Both the position numbers and the translations under genes were made by a program. A DNA stretch of 63,988 bases, filler included, from Octopus bimaculoides (lineage: Eukaryota): assembly GCF_001194135.2 (NCBI RefSeq). It is 4 parts of 4 records of this genome, joined end to end, with 100 filler letters (N's around TTAATTAATTAA, not from the genome) between each part and the next. Parts side by side here need not be neighbours in the genome. Positions count along the whole stretch, not along the records: positions 25,412 to 44,643 come from NC_068983.1; positions 44,744 to 61,834 come from NC_068992.1; 2 more parts are not named here. One strand, given 5' to 3'. Position 1 is the stretch's first letter, and every line of letters begins with the position of its first letter. Below, one piece after another: positions 37,118 through 50,162 of the stretch. Below the pieces are notes generated by a model, which saw nothing but the letters and a program-made list of their open reading frames with translations, had not been told where the DNA came from and ran no database searches.

Positions 37118-38192
37118 GATGCACATATATGTATGTACTCGTGTATATATCTATACATGAATGTGTCTCTGTGTGTGTACATATACGAACACACACACAC
37201 GTACATATAAGTATATATANNNNNNNNNNNNNNNNNNNNNNNNNNNNNNNNNNNNNNNNNNNNNNNNNNNNNNNNNNNNNNNNNNNNNNNNNNNNNNNNN
37301 NNNNNNNNNNNNNNNNNNNNNNNNNNNNNNNNNNNNNNNNNNNNNNNNNNNNNNNNNNNNNNNNNNNNNNNNNNNNNNNNNNNNNNNNNNNNNNNNNNNN
37401 NNNNNNNNNNNNNNNNNNNNNNNNNNNNNNNNNNNNNNNNNNNNNNNNNNNNNNNNNNNNNNNNNNNNNNNNNNNNNNNNNNNNNNNNNNNNNNNNNNNN
37501 NNNNNNNNNNNNNNNNNNNNNNNNNNNNNNNNNNNNNNNNNNNNNNNNNNNNNNNNNNNNNNNNNNNNNNNNNNNNNNNNNNNNNNNNNNNNNNNNNNNN
37601 NNNNNNNNNNNNNNNNNNNNNNNNNNNNNNNNNNNNNNNNNNNNNNNNNNNNNNNNNNNNNNNNNNNNNNNNNNNNNNNNNNNNNNNNNNNNNNNNNNNN
37701 NNNNNNNNNNNNNNNNNNNNNNNNNNNNNNNNNNNNNNNNNNNNNNNNNNNNNNNNNNNNNNNNNNNNNNNNNNNNNNNNNNNNNNNNNNNNNNNNNNNN
37801 NNNNNNNNNNNNNNNNNNNNNNNNNNNNNNNNNNNNNNNNNNNNNNNNNNNNNNNNNNNNNNNNNNNNNNNNNNNNNNNNNNNNNNNNNNNNNNNNNNNN
37901 NNNNNNNNNNNNNNNNNNNNNNNNNNNNNNNNNNNNNNNNNNNNNNNNNNNNNNNNNNNNNNNNNNNNNNAAGTTTCGTGCATAGCTCTTCGTGAGAAAG
38001 GAGGAATGGAAAAATTCAACGAAAGAAAAGAAATCGCCAACAGCACGTATGTAATTGCACATATTGTTAACAAAATACAGTAAACATATTTGACATTTAA
38101 AGCTTTGTAAAACACAGAGGCGTTTCGGCAAATTAAACTAAACACTGATGAGGTAGTTTGTGAAGATCATGTAATTTTCAACAAATAATCAT

Positions 38193-38261
<69 letters not shown>

Positions 38262-38859
38262 TGAGTCGATGGTTCAATACCATGACCGACAAGCGTGTTG
38301 TATCTTCAACAATGCACTTCATTACATGCCATTCCACGTTACTCAGCTGTAATAGGTTCTAACTGATCACATCCCAAATCTTCATGTGGTCATAGGAATG
38401 CTCGATCAGGAAACGGCCTATGGTTATACAACAACAATAAAACAACAATCATCACAAACTCGAAACAAAAAACGGAGTTTAACCTGTAGAAAATAACAGC
38501 CAAATCTCCCTCAAATTATTTCCTAACGACTTCGAAAATTATACGATTGTACAATGCGATTTCGGGTTTTCTTCATACTGGAGAAAGACGGGATGGTCGT
38601 GGCTAAATTGCCTTTGATCATAGGCTAGCTTGGTTAAATTCGACTTAGTGCTAAACAACAACCAGCACGAAATAACATCCCTCTCCCCATCATCTCTCAA
38701 CCTTCTTCCGTTGATACTGCAATATGACAAAAAGTACAACCAGCTATCATCACTCGCGAGCGAGATTGATTTTGTAGCACGTACCATGCTTTCATTAATT
38801 TTTGTAGGCGCCTGACTACTCGTGTGCTGATATGGACACTCTCTCAGCTTGCTCACTCT

Positions 38860-39087
38860 TTAACCAGGTGGGGCATTAAGGATGGGACAGCTGATCCAGG
38901 AAGAATGTGGTCGGTGGGTACCCTATTACTGCTGAGTAGAATAGCACGAAATGAATAGCGTTTCTGGAATAGCACGAAATGATGTGTCTTGCTCAAAGAC
39001 ACAAAGCGCTGGCCTGCCAGCCGGTCCTGGTTTGAACCTTCCACTTTAGGATCATGTACCGATATACCTTCACCACTAGGGCATGTA
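38860..39087 (-). mobile_element. Degenerate tRNA-derived SINE
   Basis: Minus strand AGGTACATGCCCTAGTGGTGAAGG..GGTTCAAACC head and GTCTTTGAGCAAGACAC core. Confidence 0.6.
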
Positions 39088-39091
39088 CCTT

Positions 39092-39131
<40 letters not shown>

Positions 39132-39950
39132 GCCGTAGCCAAAAAGTCCCAGTGATATACCTTCCAAATAAGCCTTGCAGACTCCCCACCCGAACAATAC
39201 CGCAGTCTCCAGCACTAGCTTTAACAACACTAACAACCACCAGCTGCAACACTACACCGCAAACACAACCACAACCACCACCGCTACCACTACTACAACT
39301 ACCAGCACGTCTACACGTCTACCAATATAATAGCAAAACGTCTAAGACACAAACACGCTTCACACCACGACTTCCACAACCAACACCAATAACATCACCA
39401 TCACCATCACCATCACCACCACCATCACAACAACCATTACCGACACCACCACCATCACCCCGTCACCCTACTACCACCTCCACCACAATTACCAATGATT
39501 CTAGGAGTGATATAGACGAAGGAGTCATAAATCTGTCAGATCAAAGAAATACTTTTACTTGAACGCCTGCTGAGGACAAGTGAAGGAGAATGAAAGTGTG
39601 TGTGTGTGTACATGTTTGTTTGTGTAGGAGGGTGTCTACGTGTGCTTGTGTGTGTATGTGTGTATGTGTGTATGAGTGTTTGTATGTGTCTGTATATCCG
39701 TATGTTGTACGATTTTATGTATGTCTATATGTACGTGGGTGCATACGTGTTTCTGTATCTTTATGTACGTATGTGTGTGTGTGAGAGAGAGAGAGTGACA
39801 CACACACACAGACAAACAGACAGAGAGGGGCGAAAGAGTAAGGGGAAGTGAGTGGTAGAGTGATAGAGTGAGAGTGTGTGATATTGAGAAAGACTTAGGG
39901 AGTTGAGAGTGACACTAAGTGAAACCGAGGGAGTTAATCAAAGAGAAACG

Positions 39951-39998
<48 letters not shown>

Positions 39999-41291
39999 CA
40001 GAGGGAAAGAGTGAAAGACTCCATGTGTGTATGTGTGTGTGTCTTTGTGTAACGGAGTGTGTTGGTGAGAAGAGTGTTATGAGAGTGTACATTTAAGAGA
40101 ACGAGTGAGAGTGGCAGAGAGAGAGAGAGTGTATGGCAATGAGGTTGGTTAGTAAGGGTAAGAGTGAAGGTGACGGTGTTGGGTGACAGGCACGAAATGG
40201 GAGGAACGGGGGTAGAGGAGACGAGTGGAAGAAGAAGAAGAAGAAGAAGAAGAAGAAGAAGAAGAAGAAGAAGAAGAAGAAGAAGAAGAAGAAGAATAGG
40301 AAGAGGAAGTAGAAGAAGAAGANNNNNNNNNNNNNNNNNNNNNNNNNNNNNNNNNNNNNNNNNNNNNNNNNNNNNNNNNNNNNNNNNNNNNNNNNNNNNN
40401 NNNNNNNNNNNNNNNNNNNNNNNNNNNNNNNNNNNNNNNNNNNNNNNNNNNNNNNNNNNNNNNNNNNNNNNNNNNNNNNNNNNNNNNNNNNNNNNNNNNN
40501 NNNNNNNNNNNNNNNNNNNNNNNNNNNNNNNNNNNNNNNNNNNNNNNNNNNNNNNNNNNNNNNNNNNNNNNNNNNNNNNNNNNNNNNNNNNNNNNNNNNN
40601 NNNNNNNNNNNNNNNNNNNNNNNNNNNNNNNNNNNNNNNNNNNNNNNNNNNNNNNNNNNNNNNNNNNNNNNNNNNNNNNNNNNNNNNNNNNNNNNNNNNN
40701 NNNNNNNNNNNNNNNNNNNNNNNNNNNNNNNNNNNNNNNNNNNNNNNNNNNNNNNNNNNNNNNNNNNNNNNNNNNNNNNNNNNNNNNNNNNNNNNNNNNN
40801 NNNNNNNNNNNNNNNNNNNNNNNNNNNNNNNNNNNNNNNNNNNNNNNNNNNNNNNNNNNNNNNNNNNNNNNNNNNNNNNNNNNNNNNNNNNNNNNNNNNN
40901 NNNNNNNNNNNNNNNNNNNNNNNNNNNNNNNNNNNNNNNNNNNNNNNNNNNNNNNNNNNNNNNNNNNNNNNNNNNNNNNNNNNNNNNNNNNNNNNNNNNN
41001 NNNNNNNNNNNNNNNNNNNNNNNNNNNNNNNNNNNNNNNNNNNNNNNNNNNNNNNNNNNNNNNNNNNNNNNNNNNNNNNNNNNNNNNNNTACCTCTATTT
41101 TAATTATTATTATTATTTAGTTATCATTTAATTTAACGTTTATTAATTATATTTTTTAAAATTCATTTTGCCGCATTTATTTATATTTCTCTTTGTTGTT
41201 TCCCAAAGACAATTCGTTTGATTAATTTTCTGTGTTTTCTGTTTTGTGTATTGTTGGTTTATGTTGTGTTTATCTGTGTTACTGATTTCCA

Positions 41292-41329
<38 letters not shown>

Positions 41330-41339
41330 NNNNNNNNNN

Positions 41340-41374
<35 letters not shown>

Positions 41375-41636
41375 CTTGCTTATAGTTTATTTTGCGCGTT
41401 CATTAATTTCTGTTGCTTTTTCTTTCTTTTTTTCGCATTTGTTTTACTTTGCTCTTTATGTCATAAATCCTTTTTCCCTTTAAAGAGATCTAGCTAGCCA
41501 CCTGTTCAAGCACGCACGCACACTCACACACACACACAGAATCATTCACATTCATATACACCTTTATAAGAATACATACATGTACATACATGTTTATGCA
41601 GGTATATGCGTATGTCCGTCTAGCTGCTTGTCTACA

Positions 41637-41684
<48 letters not shown>

Positions 41685-41726
41685 AATCAATCAATCTATC
41701 TATCTATCTATATATCTATCTATCTA

Positions 41727-41780
<54 letters not shown>

Positions 41781-42454
41781 CGCCTTCTCATTCGTCCCAC
41801 TTTCCCAGTACAAAACCACAATCAATTTTATTGCACTTTAATTACACCATCCCAGGACATATTGTAAAGAAGTATCATTCGAGGCATCCAACTGGAATAT
41901 AGTGGTTACATACACACACGCACTCATACATACATACATACTTACNNNNNNNNNNNNNNNNNNNNNNNNNNNNNNNNNNNNNNNNNNNNNNNNNNNNNNN
42001 NNNNNNNNNNNNNNNNNNNNNNNNNNNNNNNNNNNNNNNNNNNNNNNNNNNNNNNNNNNNNNNNNNNNNNNNNNNNNNNNNNNNNNNNNNNNNNNNNNNN
42101 NNNNNNNNNNNNNNNNNNNNNNNNNNNNNNNNNNNNNNNNNNNNNNNNNNNNNNNNNNNNNNNNNNNNNNNNNNNNNNNNNNNNNNNNNNNNNNNNNNNN
42201 NNNNNNNNNNNNNNNNNNNNNNNNNNNNNNNNNNNNNNNNNNNNNNNNNNNNNNNNNNNNNNNNNNNNNNNNNNNNNNNNNNNNNNNNNNNNNNNNNNNN
42301 NNNNNNNNNNNNNNNNNNNNNNNNNNNNNNNNNNNNNNNNNNNNNNNNNNNNNNNNNNNNNNNNNNNNNNNNNNNNNNNNNNNNNNNNNNNNNNNNNNNN
42401 NNNNNNNNNNNNNNNNNNNNNNNNNNNNNNNNNNNTTGGGTTTTCTATTTCCCA

Positions 42455-42625
42455 GTAATCTAGCTGTTCGGCAGGCAAAAGACAGACCAAATAGAATAAG
42501 TACCCGGCTTTAAAAAAAAAAACAGAAAACAATATGTACTTAGGTCGATTTGTTCGACAAATCGTTGAAGGTGATATCCCAGGATGGCTGCCGTCCAATG
42601 ACTGAATCTAGTAAAGGGAATAAAA
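42455..42625 (+). mobile_element. SINE 3' fragment
   Basis: TAGCTGTTCGGCAGGCAAAAGACAGACCAAATAGAATAAGTACC...GGTCGATTTGTTCGAC. Confidence 0.6.
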
Positions 42626-42892
42626 ATAATAGACGTATAAATACATGCGTCCCCCCCCCGCCCCACAAACCATATATCGTACCATCTGCTCATCTATGGT
42701 ACTTTATGTTTATATCGTTATATTATTGTGTATTTATTTGTCTGTCAGTTACTATCAGATATATCTCAACACTCCGCTCCCTTTTATTTCAATTTTATTG
42801 CCAACTCCTTACTATCACCTCCAATCATTGCCCACTTCCGTTCGCCGACGCCATTTTCTTATTATTATTATTGCCCTGCTCTTCCTGCCTTT

Positions 42893-42937
<45 letters not shown>

Positions 42938-43348
42938 NNNNNNNNNNCTCTCTCTCTCTCTCTCTCTCTCCCTTTATTTTATGTCATTCACACCCTCAAA
43001 CATGTCTTCGCTGTTCAATGCTACGTTAACAAACAATAAATCCAAAGTAATTGTCAACGGTATTTGTAACTTAAAATACAAATTGACAGTTATACAGTCA
43101 AAAGAATACTTAATGATTAGAATAGGGCCATCGAACAAGACTTGTACGTGGTCTCTTCACATGCTAGAAATAGCAACCAAACACTACAATCTTTTGCCCA
43201 CAATCTTATTGCCAGCTCAAGGTGTCTCTTTTATTGCAGCTTGCTGATAATGCACTACCTCTACTCCGGCACACCGGACTCACTCGTATCTTCTTTCGTT
43301 ATCCATGTTGTTTGTGATTGCTCGAAATATCTTTGGTGTATTATGAAG

Positions 43349-44172
43349 TGTGGCTGTGTGGTTAAGAAGCTTGCTTCGCAACCATATGTTCTTCGCTTCA
43401 GTCCTACTTCGTGACACTTTTGGGGAGGTGTTTTTTGTTAAAGTTCCAGTCGACCAAAACCTTGTGAGTGAATTTGGTAGATGGAAACTAAAAGAAACCC
43501 AACGTATATATATGTGTGTGTGTTTATATATCTGAAAATGTTATATATCTATGGTGAAGGCGTGTGGCTGAGTGGTTCTGGGTTCAGTCCCACTGCATGG
43601 CACCTTGGGCAAGTGTCTTCTGCTATAGCCTCGGGCCGACCAAAGCCTTTTCAGTGGATTTGGTAGACGGAAACTGAAAGAAGCCCGTCGTATATATGTA
43701 TATATATATGTATGNNNNNNNNNNNNNNNNNNNNNNNNNNNNNNNNNNNNNNNNNNNNNNNNNNNNNNNNNNNNNNNNNNNNNNNNNNNNNNNNNNNNNN
43801 NNNNNNNNNNNNNNNNNNNNNNNNNNNNNNNNNNNNNNNNNNNNNNNNNNNNNNNNNNNNNNNNNNNNNNNNNNNNNNNNNNNNNNNNNNNNNNNNNNNN
43901 NNNNNNNNNNNNNNNNNNNNNNNNNNNNNNNNNNNNNNNNNNNNNNNNNNNNNNNNNNNNNNNNNNNNNNNNNNGTTTGTCTCCCCAACATCGCTTGACA
44001 TCGCTTGACAAGTGTGTTTACGTCCCCGTAATCTAGCGGTTCGGCAAAAGGCACCGATAGAATATGTACTAGACTTATAAAAAGAATAAGTCCTGGGGTC
44101 GATTTGCTCGACTAAAAGCGGTGCTCCAGCATGGCCACAGTCAAATGACTGAAACAAGTAAAGGAATAAAAG
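43349..44172 (+). mobile_element. Two tandem SINE copies of the 9336 family (43349-43505 partial; 43558-44172 spanning a gap)
   Basis: Heads TGGCTGTGTGGTTAAGAAGCTTGC and GGCGTGTGGCTGAGTGGTTCTGGGTTCAGTCCC; full tail GTCAAATGACTGAAACAAGTAAAGG. Confidence 0.85.
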
Positions 44173-44179
44173 AATGATA

Positions 44180-44519
44180 TCTTACTGCCCTCCGTCGGTT
44201 ACGACGACGAGGGTTACAATTGATCCAATTGGAACAGCCTGCTCGTGAAATTAACGTGCAAGTGGCTGAGCACTCCACAGACACCTGTAGCCTTAACGTA
44301 GTTCTCGGTGTGATTCAGCGTGACACAGAGTGCGACAAGGCTGGTCCTTTGAAATACAGGTACAACAGAAAAAGGAAGGAAGAAAGAGTGAGAGAAAGTT
44401 GTGGGGAAAGAGTGCAGCTTGAAGTGTTTTCGCTCAATAAACACTCGGTATGGGAAACGAAACTGCGATCCTGTGACCGCGAGTCCGCTGCCCTAACCAC
44501 TGGGCCATTGTGCCTCCAC
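44180..44519 (-). mobile_element. tRNA-derived SINE (fourth family)
   Basis: Minus strand GGAGGCACAATGGCCCAGTGGTTAGGGCAGCGGACTCGCGGTC..GCAGTTTCGTTTCCC tRNA-like head. Confidence 0.75.
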
Positions 44520-45051
44520 AAACACACACTTACACACATACACACACATATATGAAAGAGCAATTTAGTTTGAAAAGAAAGACACTTACAAGCAAAACAA
44601 CCTCAGTAACCACAAGAACAACATCAATATCAATCACAAACTGNNNNNNNNNNNNNNNNNNNNNNNNNNNNNNNNNNNNNNNNNNNNTTAATTAATTAAN
44701 NNNNNNNNNNNNNNNNNNNNNNNNNNNNNNNNNNNNNNNNNNNACGCGGTATATTTTGAAAAATTAGACATAAAAACACGAACCATGCGGCGTACTGATT
44801 CGTGCTTCATATGTTGTCTGGTCAATTCTGCTGACGAAAGTCTGACCTTGTAAGATATAATCTTTATCTTACTAAAATTGACTTGAAACCATGGTACAGA
44901 ATATAGATTGGTAAAAGTTTTTATTTTTCATTTCCTTTCGAAATTATCCCTAACTTTTGTGGTATGTAGTATTTTTGCTGCTATTTCTAGCGAGTAGATG
45001 TCCTATTATAGGCGTCTCTGCATTTCTAATGAATATATATATATATATATA

Positions 45052-45210
45052 GGACGGATTTCTTTCAGTTTCCAACTATCAAATCCACTCACAAAGCTTT
45101 GGTTGGCGCGAGACTATAGTAGAAAACATCTGCCCACGCTACCACACAGTGGGACTGACTGAACCCAGTAGCATGTAGTTGGGAAGCAAGTTTCTTAACA
45201 AGCAGCAACC
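45052..45210 (-). mobile_element. Partial SINE (9336 family)
   Basis: Reverse complement of CTTGCTTCCCAACTACATG..GGTTCAGTCAGTCCCACTG..TTCTACTATAGTCTCG. Confidence 0.7.
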
Positions 45211-45249
45211 CCTGCGCGTACATCAAAATTTTCGTTAAAGGCAAGTTAC

Positions 45250-45324
45250 TTCCTGTTGTTGACACTTTAATTTCACCTTGTGAGCTCTGTACAACATGAC
45301 GGAAATCTGGGCACAGTAATACAT
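45250..45324 (-). CDS. Weak candidate 75-bp internal exon (phase 1-1), (D)VLLCPDFRHVVQSSQGEIKVSTTG
   Basis: Acceptor GCTCTTTGAATTCGCAG and donor AA|GTAACT around an open frame; no homology recognised. Confidence 0.2.
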
Positions 45325-45929
45325 CTGCGAATTCAAAGAGCAGCACACTCTTTGTGGTTTAGCGCCAATGACATATAAATAACCACACAAAATTGACTAT
45401 TTCCAAACCGTTTGTATTACCGTCCCTGTTGTATTCTTCTAAAACATGGACGTGTTATGAAGGTCATTTCAAATTGTTAGAATAATTCCACTAAAAATGC
45501 TTTCACCGAGTTTCAAATAGGCAATCGGGCTTTTTGAGTTCAGACACAGATATCTTTGCGTCTGCAGGCATCACTTCAATGAAATCGATGATTCTGAAAA
45601 ATCAAATGTGATTCTGTTACGCGAAATTCCGACTAATCCCGAGTTTGTTTTCCATAATGCAGGCTAGCACAATTCTCAATGAGATCGCCTTGCAACCTTT
45701 TAAAGGTACTCGTATATTCTGAAACTCTTTGTAATATGAAACAAATGGTAGCCTTAATTCACAAATAAAGTAATTATTCATCCACCAATGGATAAATAAC
45801 CTTCTTAATTTACACACGCACATACATACATATATATATGTGCATGTATACATCTATCTATCTATCATCTATCTCTCTCTCTCTCTCACTTTGACTCTCT
45901 TTCTCACTCTCTCTCTCTTCCTCTCTCTA

Positions 45930-45970
<41 letters not shown>

Positions 45971-46426
45971 TAATGTATGTTTGTGCGCGCGTGTATGTAT
46001 AGATACTAATATACAGGATAAATGGAATTATATGCTGACGATGAAACCATATATCGGTATATTAACTTAATAATTTTTAGATGAACAGGATCTAAGTAAA
46101 ATTGATTCTTTTTGAAAAAATTCGATGATGTAAGTGTAAACACGGTCAATTTAATTAGAAAAAAATACACACTTGAGAGTATTGGTGAAGCAAAAGAAAT
46201 ATACGTAAAGTAATTTAAGATTTTTAGAACAAAAATTCAAAACTTTATATTTTATTTGTTAATTTACACTCAACAGGAATGTTAAATACTATCGAAGAAA
46301 TCTATCACATTACGTAATGCGATTTTTGACATCTTACTTTTCGGAGACTAAGTAGAAATTTACAAATATACATTGCACGCGTGGTTTTCATAAAAGAAGT
46401 TAACTTCCAAACAATATCGTTCCTGG

Positions 46427-46692
46427 CTCAGTGATAAAGGGCGGCTTCCTGGACAAGTGTCCGTAATAATACTTTCGGCCTACCAAAATCTTGCCACCAC
46501 ACCCCCACCGTGCGTATCGGTCTATGTGTGCGTGTGTTTGTGTGTGTGTGTGCCTGTGTGTGTGTCTCTATTTGTGTAAGTGTGTGTGACGTGTTTGTGT
46601 TTGTCTCCGACCGACAGCCTCTGTTCGTGCATCTACGTCCCCCAAGGCTATCGTTTCGGTAAAAGAAAGCCGGTAGAATAGGTACCACGCTT
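46427..46692 (+). mobile_element. Old, diverged SINE of the 9336 family
   Basis: TTCCTGGACAAGTGTC, an internal TG repeat, CTACGTCCCC and GGTAGAATAGGTACC are colinear with the family. Confidence 0.55.
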
Positions 46693-47409
46693 TTAAGATT
46701 GTAATGTCGTCCAACATTTATCCGACTGACTTCTTTCTAGGTGATGCGCGAACATGGTCGCAATCTCATAAAAGATAAAATAAAATGTGAAAGATGTGTG
46801 TGTGTGGGTGGGTGCACGTGTGTGTACGTGTATTTGAGTTTGTCTGTAACATTTACGTAGAAAATACTGGTAGTCTTGTTCAATTTTTTTTCTCGCCAGC
46901 TGCACACCGATGACTAGGTGTAACAGAACAATGTAAGGAATTGAAATGCCACGATGATTACTATTGTCTTCTAATTTGTCTTTCAGCAAATACTTTCGAG
47001 AGTTAACGTATTATGCAGAGAAATCCTTGCCTATATAATATCAAACAAATTCTTCAAAATCCAACGCTGTTATTTAAAGTATGGCAGTTCTGCTCTCCTA
47101 GATATATGTAAATTATAATGATCAACACTGAAACGTATTTGGCCTCGTCGATAACGCGTACCTGTGAGATTAATCCTTCATTACGGATAATAATCCAAAT
47201 ATTCACAAGAGCAAATCAAATATTGACAGTGATGTAAACATAAATTAATCGATGTGTTTGTCTATGGCAGCCTATATGTTTATATGTATCAGAGCATTTA
47301 TGTGTGTGGATGGAGAATCGAATTCAGTTGCCAATAACGAAGGAAGAAGTATTTTTGTTTTGTGTTTAATATGACGGCAGTAATATTGCTGGTGTGATGG
47401 GGTAGAGAC

Positions 47410-48100
47410 GTGAAAATCTTAATGAGTTAAGGAGCTTGGTAGAAACACCAGGGAAATGATGAAGCTAGAAGAGGCTCTACACCCCAGAGTCACAGGGACA
47501 TGTTTCTATCTGAGAGAGAGGACGAAACGGTCTCATTGGCTGTTAATTGTGTGTGAAATTTTGTGAAAATAATCTGTCATGGTATGTAAAGAAATCAAAA
47601 GAGACATTAATGGCAGGAGTAAGATTGATAAAAGTCCCAAGCATTGATGAAGCAAAGGAACATTGAGAATATAAACAAGAGAAACAAAATGACACCTTGA
47701 ATAAATAGAAAGAAAATAAAATGTATAGTGAATTTTTGCGGAAAATGCCTGAAACAGCTGACAAAGATAAAATCTGGGAATGGACTAGGAAAGAGACATG
47801 AATGTTGAAACTGAGGCATTTATCTTCGCAGCAAAAGAACAGACACTGAGAACGGATTATATAAAGTTCAATCTCGAAAAGTCAGTGGCTTCCCCACTTA
47901 GTAGGTTGTGTGGTGAGAAAGGTGAAACAACAAACCACATATTTAGTTAGTGTAAGATGCTCGCACAAAGCGTACAGGAGAAGGTACGACAACATTGCCA
48001 AACTCGTTCACTGGCAGGTCTTTCATACATATTATATGAGCAGAAGTGAGAAATGATATGAGCACCTGAAAATTTGGGGGCTGGGGAGTATTCAAATACA
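47410..48100 (+). mobile_element. Internal R4/Dong fragment (post-RT region and CCHC)
   Basis: WYVKKSKETLM; NVETEAFIFAAKEQTLRTDYIKF..PLSRLCGEKGETTNHIFS*CKMLAQ; YDNIAKLVHW. Confidence 0.8.
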
Positions 48101-48505
48101 TCGATCTCAGTGTTTCACTGGTACATAATTTATCGAACTTGAAAAGATGAAAGGATGTCGGTGGAATTTGAACTATGATCGTTATAACGGACGAAATACT
48201 AGTAAGCATTTTCACCGGCGTGATAAAGGTTCTACCAGTTCGCCGCCTTAAATAATCCCTTCTACTGAAGATACAAGACGGGAAATTATGACGGGAGAGG
48301 ACGAGTCTATCACGTTGATCCTAGTGGTACACTGGTATTTAATTTATCAACCCCCGAAATGGAATATCAATATTTTATGGATCATATATTCTATTGTTTC
48401 CACTACATAACCTCAGGAGCATTTCACACACTCTGCTTTTCTTTCTTTTTTCTTTCCGTCTTTTTTTCTTTCTTCCTTCATTTTTCCATTCTTTCATTCT
48501 TTCAT

Positions 48506-48538
<33 letters not shown>

Positions 48539-48953
48539 TTTCGCCTCGTTCTTAATCATCGCTCTCTCTCTCTGATGCTCATTTTCACACGTTTTGAACT
48601 GCAGAAATTTTCAAACCTAGTCGTGAATACTACTAATAACGATAACTAATGTTAAATATGAACATCTCATCCTTTCGTACACGTACGACAGAAGCCATTG
48701 TTCCGATTAAAATGTCTTATCATTTCAAGTAATATGTGAGCTAATTCTTGCCGTACGTGGGAGAGAATAGAAACAGCGTTATTAAATCGAATCCCATATA
48801 AATTTGACATATTTGTAGGTATATCTCTAAAAATATAAATGCGTAGGCAAGCGTGAATGTGTATATAAATGTGTGTACACACAGCACACTCGTGGCGATT
48901 AATTTCCACATTCTAAATTATCAAAAAAGAGCCAAATAAATTTCACTAATAGA

Positions 48954-49006
<53 letters not shown>

Positions 49007-49409
49007 GAAGAAGAAGAAGAAGAAGAAGAAGTATGTGATGAGCAGGGATACACACATTCATGTTTAGCAGAATCCTTACCCTCCTGCCAATAACACAGAT
49101 AAATACGATGGCACGCACACGTAATANNNNNNNNNNNNNNNNNNNNNNNNNNNNNNNNNNNNNNNNNNNNNNNNNNNNNNNNNNNNNNNNNNNNNNNNNN
49201 NNNNNNNNNNNNNNNNNNNNNNNNNNNNNNNNNNNNNNNNNNNNNNNNNNNNNNNNNNNNNNNNNNNNNNNNNNNNNNNNNNNNNNNNNNNNNNNNNNNN
49301 NNNNNNNNNNNNNNNNNNNNNNNNNNNNNNNNNNNNNNNNNNNNNNNNNNNNNNNNNNNNNNNNNNNNNNNNNNNNNNNNNNNNNNNNNNNNNNNNNNNN
49401 NNNNNNNNN

Positions 49410-49440
<31 letters not shown>

Positions 49441-50124
49441 ACATATGCATTTATATGTATTTATAAATATAACTTTTCCATATTTATACAATTTCCTTAA
49501 TCCGTTGAGTAAGAGATTTCCCGAAAAATTCTATTTTACCCGGAGTCCTCCAGATATTGAAAGAGAAACATTATCTTAGAAAAATATAAATGACATATGA
49601 AAAGAAATTATTTTATGATTGCCAAAATATTCAATATTTTAATGTGAAATATTAGAACATTGAATGACAGCTGCAATTCAAACTTGCTGGAAGCTGCCAT
49701 TAAAATGTATCTAACTGCTGCCGGAATAACTAGAAAAACACAGTGTATTAGACTGCAATCTTCATGTGAGCGCATGTGTTTATGTCTATATATGTGGGGT
49801 CTACTTTACGTGTTTCTGTCTGTATGTCTGTATGTATACATGTGTGTGTGTGTATGTGTGTGAATGTGTGTGCACGTAACCTTGCTTGTAATAATATGTA
49901 TAGATACAAAAGTACATATACCAAAATTCATGTACATTTATATATGTATCTTATAGAGTAGGAGAAGGACTGACAAGCTGAGAGACAGAAAAAACGGTGG
50001 TAGAGAGGGCATGAGTGAAATACAGTTCAATAGATATATAGAGAGACAGACAAACAGACAGACATGCATACATTGCGACTGACAGATAGACGGAAATATA
50101 TATAGATAAATAGATAGACAGACA

Positions 50125-50162
<38 letters not shown>

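Noticed and set aside
39083-39562. Pro/Thr-rich 159-aa ORF resembling a mucin or extensin
   Set aside because: Degenerate ACT/ACC/CAC low-complexity DNA following a microsatellite, with no splice or homology support.
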